Below, one piece after another: positions 20,192-28,813 of a stretch of DNA of 43,437 nucleotides. Origin of the DNA: Acaryochloridaceae cyanobacterium VAR_48_metabat_390. GTDB lineage: Bacteria > Cyanobacteriota > Cyanobacteriia > Thermosynechococcales > Thermosynechococcaceae. Below the pieces are notes generated by a model. It worked only from the letters and a program-made list of their open reading frames with translations, was not told where the DNA came from and searched no databases. The translations under genes and the position numbers were made by a program. Positions within the stretch are counted from its first letter, which is position 1, and each line of letters opens with the position of its first letter. Where the stretch lies: assembly GCA_031422435.1 (NCBI GenBank), contig JANPLU010000032.1:1-43437 (forward strand), read 5' to 3'.

Positions 20192-21693
20192 TGTCTTTAT
20201 ACATTGTCTCGATTGGGGGCACTGGGGCTAAGTGTGTGGAGTCAATCATTCACTTGGCGGCAGCGGGGCTATTTGGCAAAGAAAAAATTCAGGTGCTGTT
20301 TATTGACCCCGATGAAAGCAATGGCAACCTAACCCGCACGCGAGAAACCCTCGCCACCTACCAAGCCTGTCGCCGTGCTGTCTCATCAAACAGCAGCGAA
20401 ACGCCCTGGATGCAAACGCCCATTGAGGCGCTAGAAGTATGGTCGCCCTTTAGCGGCAGTCTCAATAAGTCTTTGGGTGCCTACTTTAACTACGAGAGCT
20501 ACGCCTTTAATAGCCCTGGGGTAGGCCACCTGTTTGATGTGCTGTACACCCAAGGGGAGCGCGAAGCGAATTTAGACGTAGGCTTTCGGGGGCGACCTGC
20601 CATCGGCTCTGCCATTATGAGCCAAGTGAAGCTAGACAGCGCTACTAGCCAAGAACCGTGGCGATCGCTGCTTCAAAGCATTGAGCTAGACCAAGGGGTG
20701 GGGGGCGGCGGCAGTAAAACCAGAATTTTTATCTGCGGCTCTATTTTTGGGGGCACGGGCGCGTCTGGCTTCCCGACGATTGGGCGGCTGCTTAAAAATA
20801 AGCTAGAGAAATCGGGCATGGGCAGCAGCGTCAAAATTGGCGGCTTGCTGATGTTGCCCTACTTTCAGTTCAGCGTACCTGCCGAGCAGGATCCTGGTGC
20901 AATTTATGCAAGGCCAGAGCAGTTTTTGCTCAATACCGAAGCGGCGCTGCGCTACTACCAAGCCCAGCCTATTTTTGACAGCATTTATTTATTGGGCGAC
21001 CAAGACCCTGCCTCTGTGGCGCAGTTTAGCATTGGCAAAAATACTCAAAAAAACGACCCCCATTTTATTGAGCTGTATGCGGCGCTTGCGGCTCGGCACT
21101 TTATTGCCCAGGATGAATTGCAGCCCGTGGTGCTGCTCAGCCGCCAAGACGAACAGCGTGTGACTTGGGATGACATCCCTGAAAAGGCGGTGGTGAAGCC
21201 CAATTTTGCCAATGCGGTGCGCTTTGCCTATCTGTGGGCTGCAAACCTTTCGCCGGAGCTAAACGCAGGCAAGGGCAATATCAAGAATTTTCAAAAGGCC
21301 GCGCCTTGGTTTAGCCGATTTTTTAAACCCCAAGGGCTGTTTCTTGGGGGGCGTGGGATGCCGGACTTAAATGATGAGGGGCAGCAGGATACGATTCAGT
21401 GCATTAATGGCTGGTGTCAATCGTTTTTGCGGTGGGTGAGTTTGATTCATGGGTCTGGGGGCAGTAGCCGCAATATTCAGCTTTTTCGCCACGCTTTACT
21501 GATGGATTCGGGTGGGAATGTACCCCAAGTGACGGAGAATTTTCCGAAGCTGGTGCTGGGTGCCAATAACCTGGAGCAGTCTAAGGATGTGACACCCCAG
21601 GCCATTAAAGAAAAGCTGATTACCATTACGCCGGAGCCGTCGACAGGAGTGTCGGGCTTAGCGACAACGCTGTATTCTTTGTGCAGACCCTAA
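20191..21693 (+). CDS. Divergent tubulin/FtsZ-superfamily GTPase (Tubulin_2 / FtsZ-like type)
   Basis: T1-like IVSIGGTGAKCV, T2-like FIDPD, T3-like GFRGRPAIG, signature-like GSIFGGTGASG, T5-like LPYF, T6-like NTEAAL. Confidence 0.85.
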   Translation: MSLYIVSIGGTGAKCVESIIHLAAAGLFGKEKIQVLFIDPDESNGNLTRTRETLATYQACRRAVSSNSSETPWMQTPIEALEVWSPFSGSLNKSLGAYFNYESYAFNSPGVGHLFDVLYTQGEREANLDVGFRGRPAIGSAIMSQVKLDSATSQEPWRSLLQSIELDQGVGGGGSKTRIFICGSIFGGTGASGFPTIGRLLKNKLEKSGMGSSVKIGGLLMLPYFQFSVPAEQDPGAIYARPEQFLLNTEAALRYYQAQPIFDSIYLLGDQDPASVAQFSIGKNTQKNDPHFIELYAALAARHFIAQDELQPVVLLSRQDEQRVTWDDIPEKAVVKPNFANAVRFAYLWAANLSPELNAGKGNIKNFQKAAPWFSRFFKPQGLFLGGRGMPDLNDEGQQDTIQCINGWCQSFLRWVSLIHGSGGSSRNIQLFRHALLMDSGGNVPQVTENFPKLVLGANNLEQSKDVTPQAIKEKLITITPEPSTGVSGLATTLYSLCRP

Positions 21694-21725
21694 GATTATG
21701 GATTTGATAAACCACACATTGCGCT

Positions 21726-21815
21726 CCCTCACCCCAACCCTCTCCCTGGGGAGAGGGCGCAAGAGTCCGATCTGATCCCCCTTCTCCGCAGGGAGAAGGG
21801 GCTAGGGGATGAGGG
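21726..21815. repeat. GC-rich cloverleaf palindromic element (REP/MITE-like)
   Basis: Outer inverted repeat CCCTCACCCC / GGGGATGAGGG encloses hairpins CCCTCTCCC-TG-GGGAGAGGG (21738-21757) and CCCCTTCTCC-GCAG-GGAGAAGGGG (21778-21801). Confidence 0.85.
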
Positions 21816-21887
21816 CATGCAAAACGCATCGCTTTCCAACCATTCTCTAGATTTAATTCACGATCCTAATTTGTCCTGAAGGCAACC

Positions 21888-24800
21888 ATGACCGAAAGCA
21901 GCAAAATCCCGCAGTCGTCTCACTTTTTTCTGCCTAAGCTTAGAGAGGGTGGCGGCACCCAAGAGGGCATTGACGTTAAGCCTGGAGCGGTGGGCACTTG
22001 GGATCGCCAGTCTCGGGCTGCATTTCAACACGTTGCCTCTAGCCTGGAGGTGCCCTCAGCAGGACGGGATGTCAAAAGCGTTAGCTCTATCCCCGATATG
22101 TGGGCGCGGCCTTTGTCGATGGAGATGGCGATTCATAACCGTCGCTACCCCATCCGCGCCCAGATGATTGAGCAGTGGCAGGGAATGCTGGCGGCGATCG
22201 CCTTAGCCGAAGTACGCGGCTTCCCCCTCAAGGCGATGCTGGTGGAGCTAGAGGCAGAGAAAGAAAAAGGCGATGCCTTTGCGCGATCGCTCTACGAACT
22301 GCGTCCTTCAACCCAAAACTGTCTCTACGAACTCAACGGCAGGCACCCCTGGCAGGATGTGTATGTATTTCTGTGGAACGGGCGATCAATTGGGATGTCT
22401 TCGCCTAGTACCTTGGTGTGCCCCTCTGAGGAAGGGAGCTGGGTAGGGTTGCCTTGGTGGTCAGGGGGGAGACTGCGATCGCCTGTCTCACCCGTAGACC
22501 ACCTCAACCAAGACGAAAAAAGTCAGCTCCGACAGTGGCTTGAAATTGTGCGCCAAGAGCTAAACCCAATGGGGCAGACCGTGGGCAAAGCCGTCAATGA
22601 AGTGACGGGGCTGTTAGGCGAGTTCCAGAACAGTTTAGGTAATGTCTCTAGCCAAACCCTTAAGCGCAGCGCCGACACTCGCTTTTTTGGGGTCAATATC
22701 ATTCAAGGGCCTTTACGGGCGCTCAATACGCCCATTCAGGCGATCCCTCAAGACTCCAGCGTGCGGGTAATGCCCAGCGTGGGTAAAACGCCAAGTCAAG
22801 ATCTGCTGCTGATCCCAGAAGCCCACCAAATTATGCGGGAGTGGCGCGAACCTGCCCAAAGCATTTGGATTCATGGTGCCATCAACCTTGCGGCGCTCAA
22901 GCTAGAGGATGTGCCGCGTTCTGGGGATGTACCGCGCTGGGGGGTAAAGGCGCTGCGCGAGGCGGATGTATTTTTGCCAGAACTTTCGTTTATTACCCAG
23001 GCTTCGGCGTTCCCAGGAGGGTTGATGCCTAAAGGGATGGAGTTTTTGACGGAATTTTACGAGGGAAAGAGCATTACGCCGCTATTGCCCCTCAACCCGC
23101 TGCTGATGGAATACCTCACGCCCGAAGATCTGGTGTCGATGGTGCAGATTCAGCGGATTGATCAGGCTTCAGGCCTTCAGGTGGAGTTTATTCTAGATCT
23201 GCGCCTGTCAGGCATTAAGGGCAAAGATGGCGTGTACCGGATGGCGAAAACCTATCCGCTCAAGAAGGAAAATGCGATCGCCGAGGTGCCAGTCCTAGAG
23301 CTATGGCCTAACTTCCGGTCAGACACTTGGAAAGAATACTACGCCTTCTACTACGACCCCAACCTAGAGACGTTTCAGGTGCAGTTTGCCAAAGCCCAAG
23401 AAACCCACAGCTTTAAGGGCGTGGGTTCGTTCCACTACCCCAACTATTCATTCCCCGACAACGAAAGCAACTGTCAGATTCTTCAGCTTACGGAGTTTCC
23501 GTCTTTTATCGACTGTCGCGGCAAAAACCAGCAGCCCATTGGCCTTATTTTGCTTAAAACGCCCAAAGAAGTAGGCACCACCACAGGCATTCCTTGGAAA
23601 GTAGGCGTTGATTTTGGGACTTCTTTTACCAATATTTATGTGAAACGTAGCGGCATTGTAGAACGGCTGAGCATTGAGTCACTGCACCATAAAGTAACCG
23701 AAAGCAGTGGCGAAATTCGTCAAACTGCGCTCTACGAGTATTTCATTGCCAGCAGTATGGAATTACCCCTCTCGACCGTGCTAACGACGCGCGGCAGCAA
23801 GGGCGAAACGCTGCCTGTCTTAGACGGACGCATCTACATCCCCCGTGACAGCACTACCTTTAAACCCAATACCGATGACTGGATTCGCCCCAACCTCAAG
23901 TGGTCAGCGGAGAGCCTCAACTTTAATCGCCTATTTTTGAAGCACCTCATTCTGCAAATTACCGCTCAGGCTGTTGCCAATAGCGTGAAAGAAATTCAGT
24001 GGGCGCTCTCTTACCCCTCGGCATTTTCTAAAACTGATCGCAATAAATACGTTAAGAACTGGCGGGATTTAACCCTAGCGGTGCAAGAAACGACGGGCTT
24101 AACTCAGACTTGTCCAACCCTTGATAACCCCACAAACTACCGAACGGAGAGTTTGGCGATCGCTCAGTATTTTGCGGATTTTGAGCTGCCAGGGCGCAAA
24201 AGCCAGTTTGATTTAGTGAATAGCACCTGTATTGACATCGGCGGCGGCACGTCTGATATCTCGATTTGGGAAGAAAATCGGTTAGTGCATCAATGCTCCG
24301 TACAGCTTGCAGGTAAAGACTTATTTTCGCAGTTCATCCAGATGAACCCTGGCTTTTTAGAGCGGATGTTTAAGGTCAAAATTGACGAATGGCGAAAGCT
24401 TCAAGGCTTTCAGTTTTACGTCAAGCTGGATGTCTTTATGCGCCGTGAAAGTGTTGGGTGGCTCCAAAACCGCCGCGATATGGTTGCGGAGGAGCCAGAA
24501 TTTCAAGGGTTAATGCAGCTTATGACCTTAGGGGTTGCGGGGCTGTACTACTACGTGGGGCTACTGCTGAAGGCACTAGCGGCTGAAGGCAAGTACAAAA
24601 CCCCAGAAATTACGCCTGTGTTTACGGGGGGTAATGGCTCACGGCTGCTCAATTGGCTGGCAGAAGGAGGCGAGTTTAACCGCCACTGCGAAGCGAATGA
24701 TTTATTCAGCGCCATGCTGAGCGGTGCTTCGGGGTTTGAGGATATTGATGTAGAAACTAAACTTAGCCCACTCCCAAAAGATGAAGTGGCCTGTGGCTTA

Positions 24801-25220
24801 GTTTTAGACGAGAGCCACCTCAAGGGCCTCGACAAACGAGATGAAGACCCTCTCATTGCTGGGGAAGCCTTCAGCATCAACGGTGAACTCCTTGATTGGA
24901 ACGCCCGAATGCGTTTGAGTGGAACCATCGAAGACTTTGAAGTGCCAGAACTTACGGCGTTGAAGCACTTTGTAGATAGCTATCATCGCACCCTAGATCT
25001 ACAGCGGGTAGAGGGCATCGACCCATTTAAAGGCTATGTGGTGAGTGAGGAATCCGACGCTAATGCCGAACTCTGGCGAACGACCGCGCGGGAGCTAAAA
25101 AAATCTCTTTTACGACTCAGGGGCAATGCAGACGATATTAGGGTGGAACCCCCCTTTATTTTGGGACTGAAGGCACTTTTACAAGTATTAGGAAAACGGT
25201 GGGCAGACGAATGGAAATAA
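21888..25220 (+). CDS. Large protein with a C-terminal actin/Hsp70-fold ATPase domain and an uncharacterised N-terminal half
   Basis: Phosphate-1 VGVDFGTSFT, LSYPSAF, connect-like TESLAIA, phosphate-2 CIDIGGGTSDISI, LAGKD, adenosine-like FTGGNGSRL, PKDEVACG. Confidence 0.85.
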   Translation: MTESSKIPQSSHFFLPKLREGGGTQEGIDVKPGAVGTWDRQSRAAFQHVASSLEVPSAGRDVKSVSSIPDMWARPLSMEMAIHNRRYPIRAQMIEQWQGMLAAIALAEVRGFPLKAMLVELEAEKEKGDAFARSLYELRPSTQNCLYELNGRHPWQDVYVFLWNGRSIGMSSPSTLVCPSEEGSWVGLPWWSGGRLRSPVSPVDHLNQDEKSQLRQWLEIVRQELNPMGQTVGKAVNEVTGLLGEFQNSLGNVSSQTLKRSADTRFFGVNIIQGPLRALNTPIQAIPQDSSVRVMPSVGKTPSQDLLLIPEAHQIMREWREPAQSIWIHGAINLAALKLEDVPRSGDVPRWGVKALREADVFLPELSFITQASAFPGGLMPKGMEFLTEFYEGKSITPLLPLNPLLMEYLTPEDLVSMVQIQRIDQASGLQVEFILDLRLSGIKGKDGVYRMAKTYPLKKENAIAEVPVLELWPNFRSDTWKEYYAFYYDPNLETFQVQFAKAQETHSFKGVGSFHYPNYSFPDNESNCQILQLTEFPSFIDCRGKNQQPIGLILLKTPKEVGTTTGIPWKVGVDFGTSFTNIYVKRSGIVERLSIESLHHKVTESSGEIRQTALYEYFIASSMELPLSTVLTTRGSKGETLPVLDGRIYIPRDSTTFKPNTDDWIRPNLKWSAESLNFNRLFLKHLILQITAQAVANSVKEIQWALSYPSAFSKTDRNKYVKNWRDLTLAVQETTGLTQTCPTLDNPTNYRTESLAIAQYFADFELPGRKSQFDLVNSTCIDIGGGTSDISIWEENRLVHQCSVQLAGKDLFSQFIQMNPGFLERMFKVKIDEWRKLQGFQFYVKLDVFMRRESVGWLQNRRDMVAEEPEFQGLMQLMTLGVAGLYYYVGLLLKALAAEGKYKTPEITPVFTGGNGSRLLNWLAEGGEFNRHCEANDLFSAMLSGASGFEDIDVETKLSPLPKDEVACGLVLDESHLKGLDKRDEDPLIAGEAFSINGELLDWNARMRLSGTIEDFEVPELTALKHFVDSYHRTLDLQRVEGIDPFKGYVVSEESDANAELWRTTARELKKSLLRLRGNADDIRVEPPFILGLKALLQVLGKRWADEWK

Positions 25221-26203
25221 AATGTGTGCGAAAAATTGCATCCGTAAGCCTAACTATTATGCTGCTGTTGGGCGGCTCTTTTTCGAGAGAGACTTCTAAT
25301 ACTGCTTGGGCGCAGCCTAGTACATCTCCTTCCGTCTCTATATCTCCTTCTTCTAGTCCCAGCCCGACTGGGACTGCAACTCCATCTTCCTCGCAACCCG
25401 ATCAGAAAACAGCATCAAATGAACCAACTCAAGGGGCATTTCCTGCTTGGGGATGGTTTGTGCTTGGTGGTCTTGGGTTATGGAATGTGGGGCTGAGCGT
25501 TCTGTTTTGGCAAAGTATCAAAGAATCTAATCAAAGTAATCATGAAACCCAGCAAAATCTGAAAAGATTAGAAAAAATTGATGTTGAAGTTAATCAACGT
25601 GTTAGCCGTAAGTTTGATGAACTAAAAGGGCAGCTTTTGTCATACAAAAAGACTTTAGAGGCTTTACAGCTTCAGTCTCAATCCAAGTCTTCAAAATCTG
25701 CTAGCTATAACCTTGAACCTCGAACTCAACCTGATAACTATGGCGATAATGAACCTTTTGTAAGTCGGGACTATGCCTATGAACCTCGCTCGAGTAATTA
25801 TGCTCAGCCTTCCCCAGGGATGAGTAATCCTTGGGATAGCATCGTCCAAAACTATAATTTCTCTCCACAGGTATTAGAGAACTATATTATTGAGCGAGTT
25901 TCTGAAAGCGAAGAAAGTGTAGTAAGTCGGCGAGACAATAGCAACGCTGCGGTTTTCTTAAAGGCGGCAAATAATTACAGCTATTGGGTTTTTACAGGAG
26001 AAGATCGAAACTATTGGCTAACGCCCAAAAGCGATCTAAAAATTACGCCAATGGGGTTTGACACGCTTCAGGCTTTATTTGAATGTCCAGAATATCAGCA
26101 GGGTTCTAGAATTCAGATGATTAAGCCTGCGAAATTAACCCAAAATTCTTTTTCTGGCGGCTGGGATCTTGTTGAGAAAGGTCAAGTGCATTTTATTCGA
26201 TAG
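25211..26203 (+). CDS. Single-pass membrane protein: signal peptide, Ser/Pro/Thr-rich linker, TM, coiled coil, C-terminal globular domain
   Basis: Signal-like N-terminus ending ..AWA|QP; SPSSSPSPT linker; TM WGWFVLGGLGLWNVGLSVLFW; heptad-rich segment. Overlaps the upstream stop; alternative GTG start at 25199. Confidence 0.8.
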   Translation: MEIKCVRKIASVSLTIMLLLGGSFSRETSNTAWAQPSTSPSVSISPSSSPSPTGTATPSSSQPDQKTASNEPTQGAFPAWGWFVLGGLGLWNVGLSVLFWQSIKESNQSNHETQQNLKRLEKIDVEVNQRVSRKFDELKGQLLSYKKTLEALQLQSQSKSSKSASYNLEPRTQPDNYGDNEPFVSRDYAYEPRSSNYAQPSPGMSNPWDSIVQNYNFSPQVLENYIIERVSESEESVVSRRDNSNAAVFLKAANNYSYWVFTGEDRNYWLTPKSDLKITPMGFDTLQALFECPEYQQGSRIQMIKPAKLTQNSFSGGWDLVEKGQVHFIR

Positions 26204-26537
26204 TTTGCAACCCAGCGTACACTTGGCCTACCTTTGCACGACGAATCAATCTATGGACAGAAATTAGCTAAAACAACGCTATGACAAGGGCGATTGCCCT
26301 AATCAAAATTTCTGGCATAATCTCTGAAAGTAGATGCGCTTATATTGCCTCGCCTGGGTAACTGCCCCTGTCAAACCCATGACTACAGAACAACGACTCC
26401 AGCGCCTTGAAAATGAATTTGAAGCTGCCATTTCTTTGATCTTCATAAAATCTATCCCTCAAACCATCTCACTTTAAGTTCTATTGCGCGCGGCACATTA
26501 AAAAGAGAAGAAACGAGTGAGCGTCAAAATTCAAAAT

Positions 26538-27917
26538 TTAGGTGCTAAAAATTAATGCTTTACCTCGTACCTGGTCATTAAATTTCCCTCGCTCGTAAAC
26601 GACTTGCCCGCCCACAATTGTCACCACGGGCCATCCAGTCAAATTCCAGCCTTCAAAGGGACTCCAGCCGCACTTAGTTTGCAGCTCTTCGCGCAAAACC
26701 GGACGGTAAGTGTCTAAATCTACCAGCACTAAGTCTGCATCATAGCCAGGGGCGATCGCCCCCTTCCCCACAATCCCATAGGCTTTTGCCACTGCCGTAG
26801 ACATCCAGTTAGAAACTTGAGCTACGGTACATCGTCCCTGCATTGCCTGAGTCAGCATTAACGGAAGAGAGGTCTCGACCCCAGGCATTCCAGACGGCAC
26901 TTTGGCAGGCTCCAGAAAAACCGTCGCTTCAGATGTATCTTCCTCAGTCTGAGCCGTCACATTCGCCCGACCCTTTTCTGCCAGCGTATGGGGGGCATGG
27001 TCGGTCGCAATAAAGTCAATCACCCCATCCTGAAGCGCCTGCCAAAGCACCTCATTATCATGGACACTCCGAATAGGGGGGTTCATCTGAATGAGTGAAC
27101 CAAGTTTTGCATAGAAACCCGTATTAAGCAGCAAATGCTGGGGCGTTACTTCTGCTGTTACCCACGCAGGCTTATCTTGGCGCAGCAGTTCGGCTTCTTC
27201 CGCTGTAGAAAGGTGCAAAATATGAAGCCGCCGCTGATATTTTTTAGATAGCTTTAGCGCCAACTGCGTGGCGTTGAGTGCCGCCTGATTATCTTGAATA
27301 ACCGAGTGAATGGCGGGATCGGTCATACCTTCAAATTCTTTGCGGCGCTGGGCAATGCGCGCTTGGTCTTCAGCATGAACCGCAATTAGACGGGTGCCTG
27401 TTGCAAAAATGCGATCTAAAGCCCCTTCTTGGTCAACCAGCAAATCGCCATGCATTGAACCCATGAAAATCTTGATGCCAGGGGTTGGCGCTGCCGTTTG
27501 GAGATCCGGTAAATTCTCGGCAGTGGCGCCAATAAAAAAGCCGAAATTTACAAAAGATTTTTGAGCGGCGCGGGCCAGTTTATCGTCTAGCGCAGCCTGA
27601 TTAATGGTGAGCGGTTTCGTATTGGGCATTTCTAAAAAAGACGTTACGCCGCCACGGGCACAGGCGCGGGATGCAGTGGTGAGGTCTTCTTTATGCTCTA
27701 ATCCAGGCTCACGGAAATGGACTTGGGGATCAATGACGCCAGGTAACAGGGTGAAGTGGTCTGCCTCAAGGACTGTATCAGCCTCTTGGTTAAGATTAAG
27801 ACCCACTTGCTCAATTAACCCATCTCGAACCCATACATCAGTCTTTTCAAAACTGCCGTCAGGAAGTAAAACGTTGGCGTTGCGGATCAGTAGTGTGGCA
27901 GGGGAGGAGACAGGCAT
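26538..27917 (-). CDS. pyrC: Dihydroorotase (amidohydrolase superfamily)
   Basis: LPGVIDPQVHFREPG, LEMPNTKP, VHAED, HILHLST, EVTPQHL, MNPPIR, ATDHAPH, GMPGVET, TKCGWSPF. Confidence 0.88.
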   Translation of the reverse strand: MPVSSPATLLIRNANVLLPDGSFEKTDVWVRDGLIEQVGLNLNQEADTVLEADHFTLLPGVIDPQVHFREPGLEHKEDLTTASRACARGGVTSFLEMPNTKPLTINQAALDDKLARAAQKSFVNFGFFIGATAENLPDLQTAAPTPGIKIFMGSMHGDLLVDQEGALDRIFATGTRLIAVHAEDQARIAQRRKEFEGMTDPAIHSVIQDNQAALNATQLALKLSKKYQRRLHILHLSTAEEAELLRQDKPAWVTAEVTPQHLLLNTGFYAKLGSLIQMNPPIRSVHDNEVLWQALQDGVIDFIATDHAPHTLAEKGRANVTAQTEEDTSEATVFLEPAKVPSGMPGVETSLPLMLTQAMQGRCTVAQVSNWMSTAVAKAYGIVGKGAIAPGYDADLVLVDLDTYRPVLREELQTKCGWSPFEGWNLTGWPVVTIVGGQVVYERGKFNDQVRGKALIFST

Positions 27918-27980
27918 GGGTTACCAGAAAACACTGTTTCCATCATAGGAAACTTCAGTGGTGATGGAAACGACCTTTTA

Positions 27981-28300
27981 CTAATCGCGATCGCGGGTTT
28001 TCATAAACTGTTCGACACCGCGTTTATCCTGCTTTTCTTTCAAAGAGTCGCGCTTGTCGTGTACCTTTTTGCCTCCAGCCAGGGCGATCGCCACCTTCAC
28101 CCAGCCCCGCTTAAAGTACATCTTGAGGGGGATCACCGTTAACCCCTTTTGCTCCGTTTGACCAATGAGCTTGCAAATTTCTTTATTGTGGAGCAGCAGC
28201 TTGCGGTTTCGCATCGACTCATGGTTAAAAAACTGACCAACGGTATTTTGAGGCGAAATAAGCGCATTCAGTAAAAACGCCCCACCCCCGCGAATGCAGA
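27981..28300 (-). pseudogene. smpB: 5'-truncated, decayed duplicate of the smpB 3' end
   Basis: Aligns without gaps to 32021-32340 (offset 4040) with 31/320 mismatches by manual count. It lacks the first ~49 codons, and conserved residues are changed (VHIS>ALIS, NHEP>NHES, ARGKK>AGGKK). Confidence 0.92.
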
Positions 28301-28510
28301 TATTGTTTGGCTTCTGGGTCATAGGGCGGTTTGGGTTCTGCTTCACCGAGGTGGCTTAAGACCTGATAAAAATCGTCGATGTCGCAAAAGATTTGAGTTA
28401 GGTCGAGGCGAGCTAGACTGTTATTCATGGCTGAGACTGCTTAGACGTCAATACTTTGAGCTTAAGGTCTCAGTCTTTCTTTGGGGTATTTCGTCCGTCG
28501 AACTCAAGTT
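28301..28510 (-). mobile_element. IS982-family insertion sequence remnant (left end plus transposase N-terminus)
   Basis: The ORF from 28428 begins MNNSLARLDLTQIFCDIDDFYQ, resembling IS982 transposase starts. Upstream, the minus strand reads AACTTGAGTTCGACGGACGAAATACCCC, resembling cyanobacterial IS982 ends as I recall them. Confidence 0.7.
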
Positions 28511-28813
28511 GAATCGGTTTATGGTAAAACCTTTACGGAATGGAAACTTTCAAACTTGTGTGTACACCGTAGCCCTATCGCCACAGACAAGGCGGTGTCA
28601 ACAGCAGGTGTTGCAATAAGCCTGCCGAACTGCTCATTCACATCAGTACGAGAGTTGAGACTTCGGCTAACGGGGTCTTCTAATGCTCTAAATATTGCCT
28701 CTAGCTTTTCTAAGAAATCTCTCACGTAAGCTTTAAAGACGTTTCATGAACGCTCTGTATTGTGTGAATTGTTGAAGTCAACTGCTTCATTCACATTAAT
28801 AAGGATATTCAAA

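Noticed and set aside
20191..21693. Calling this gene ftsZ
   Set aside because: It has no NxDFAD loop, no FtsZ C-terminal peptide and no division-cluster context; only superfamily-level motifs are shared.
21626..21829. 67-aa minus-strand ORF with PSP.GEG repeats
   Set aside because: It is a translation of the palindromic element, not a credible gene.
21888..25220. Calling this gene dnaK or mreB
   Set aside because: Size and domain layout differ: long N-terminal extension, no DnaK substrate-binding domain, and no mreCD, dnaJ or clear grpE neighbours.
27981..28346. 121-aa ORF as a second functional SmpB
   Set aside because: Its first ~16 residues come from IS DNA in another frame, the SmpB N-terminus is missing and conserved residues are mutated. 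Treated as a pseudogene.
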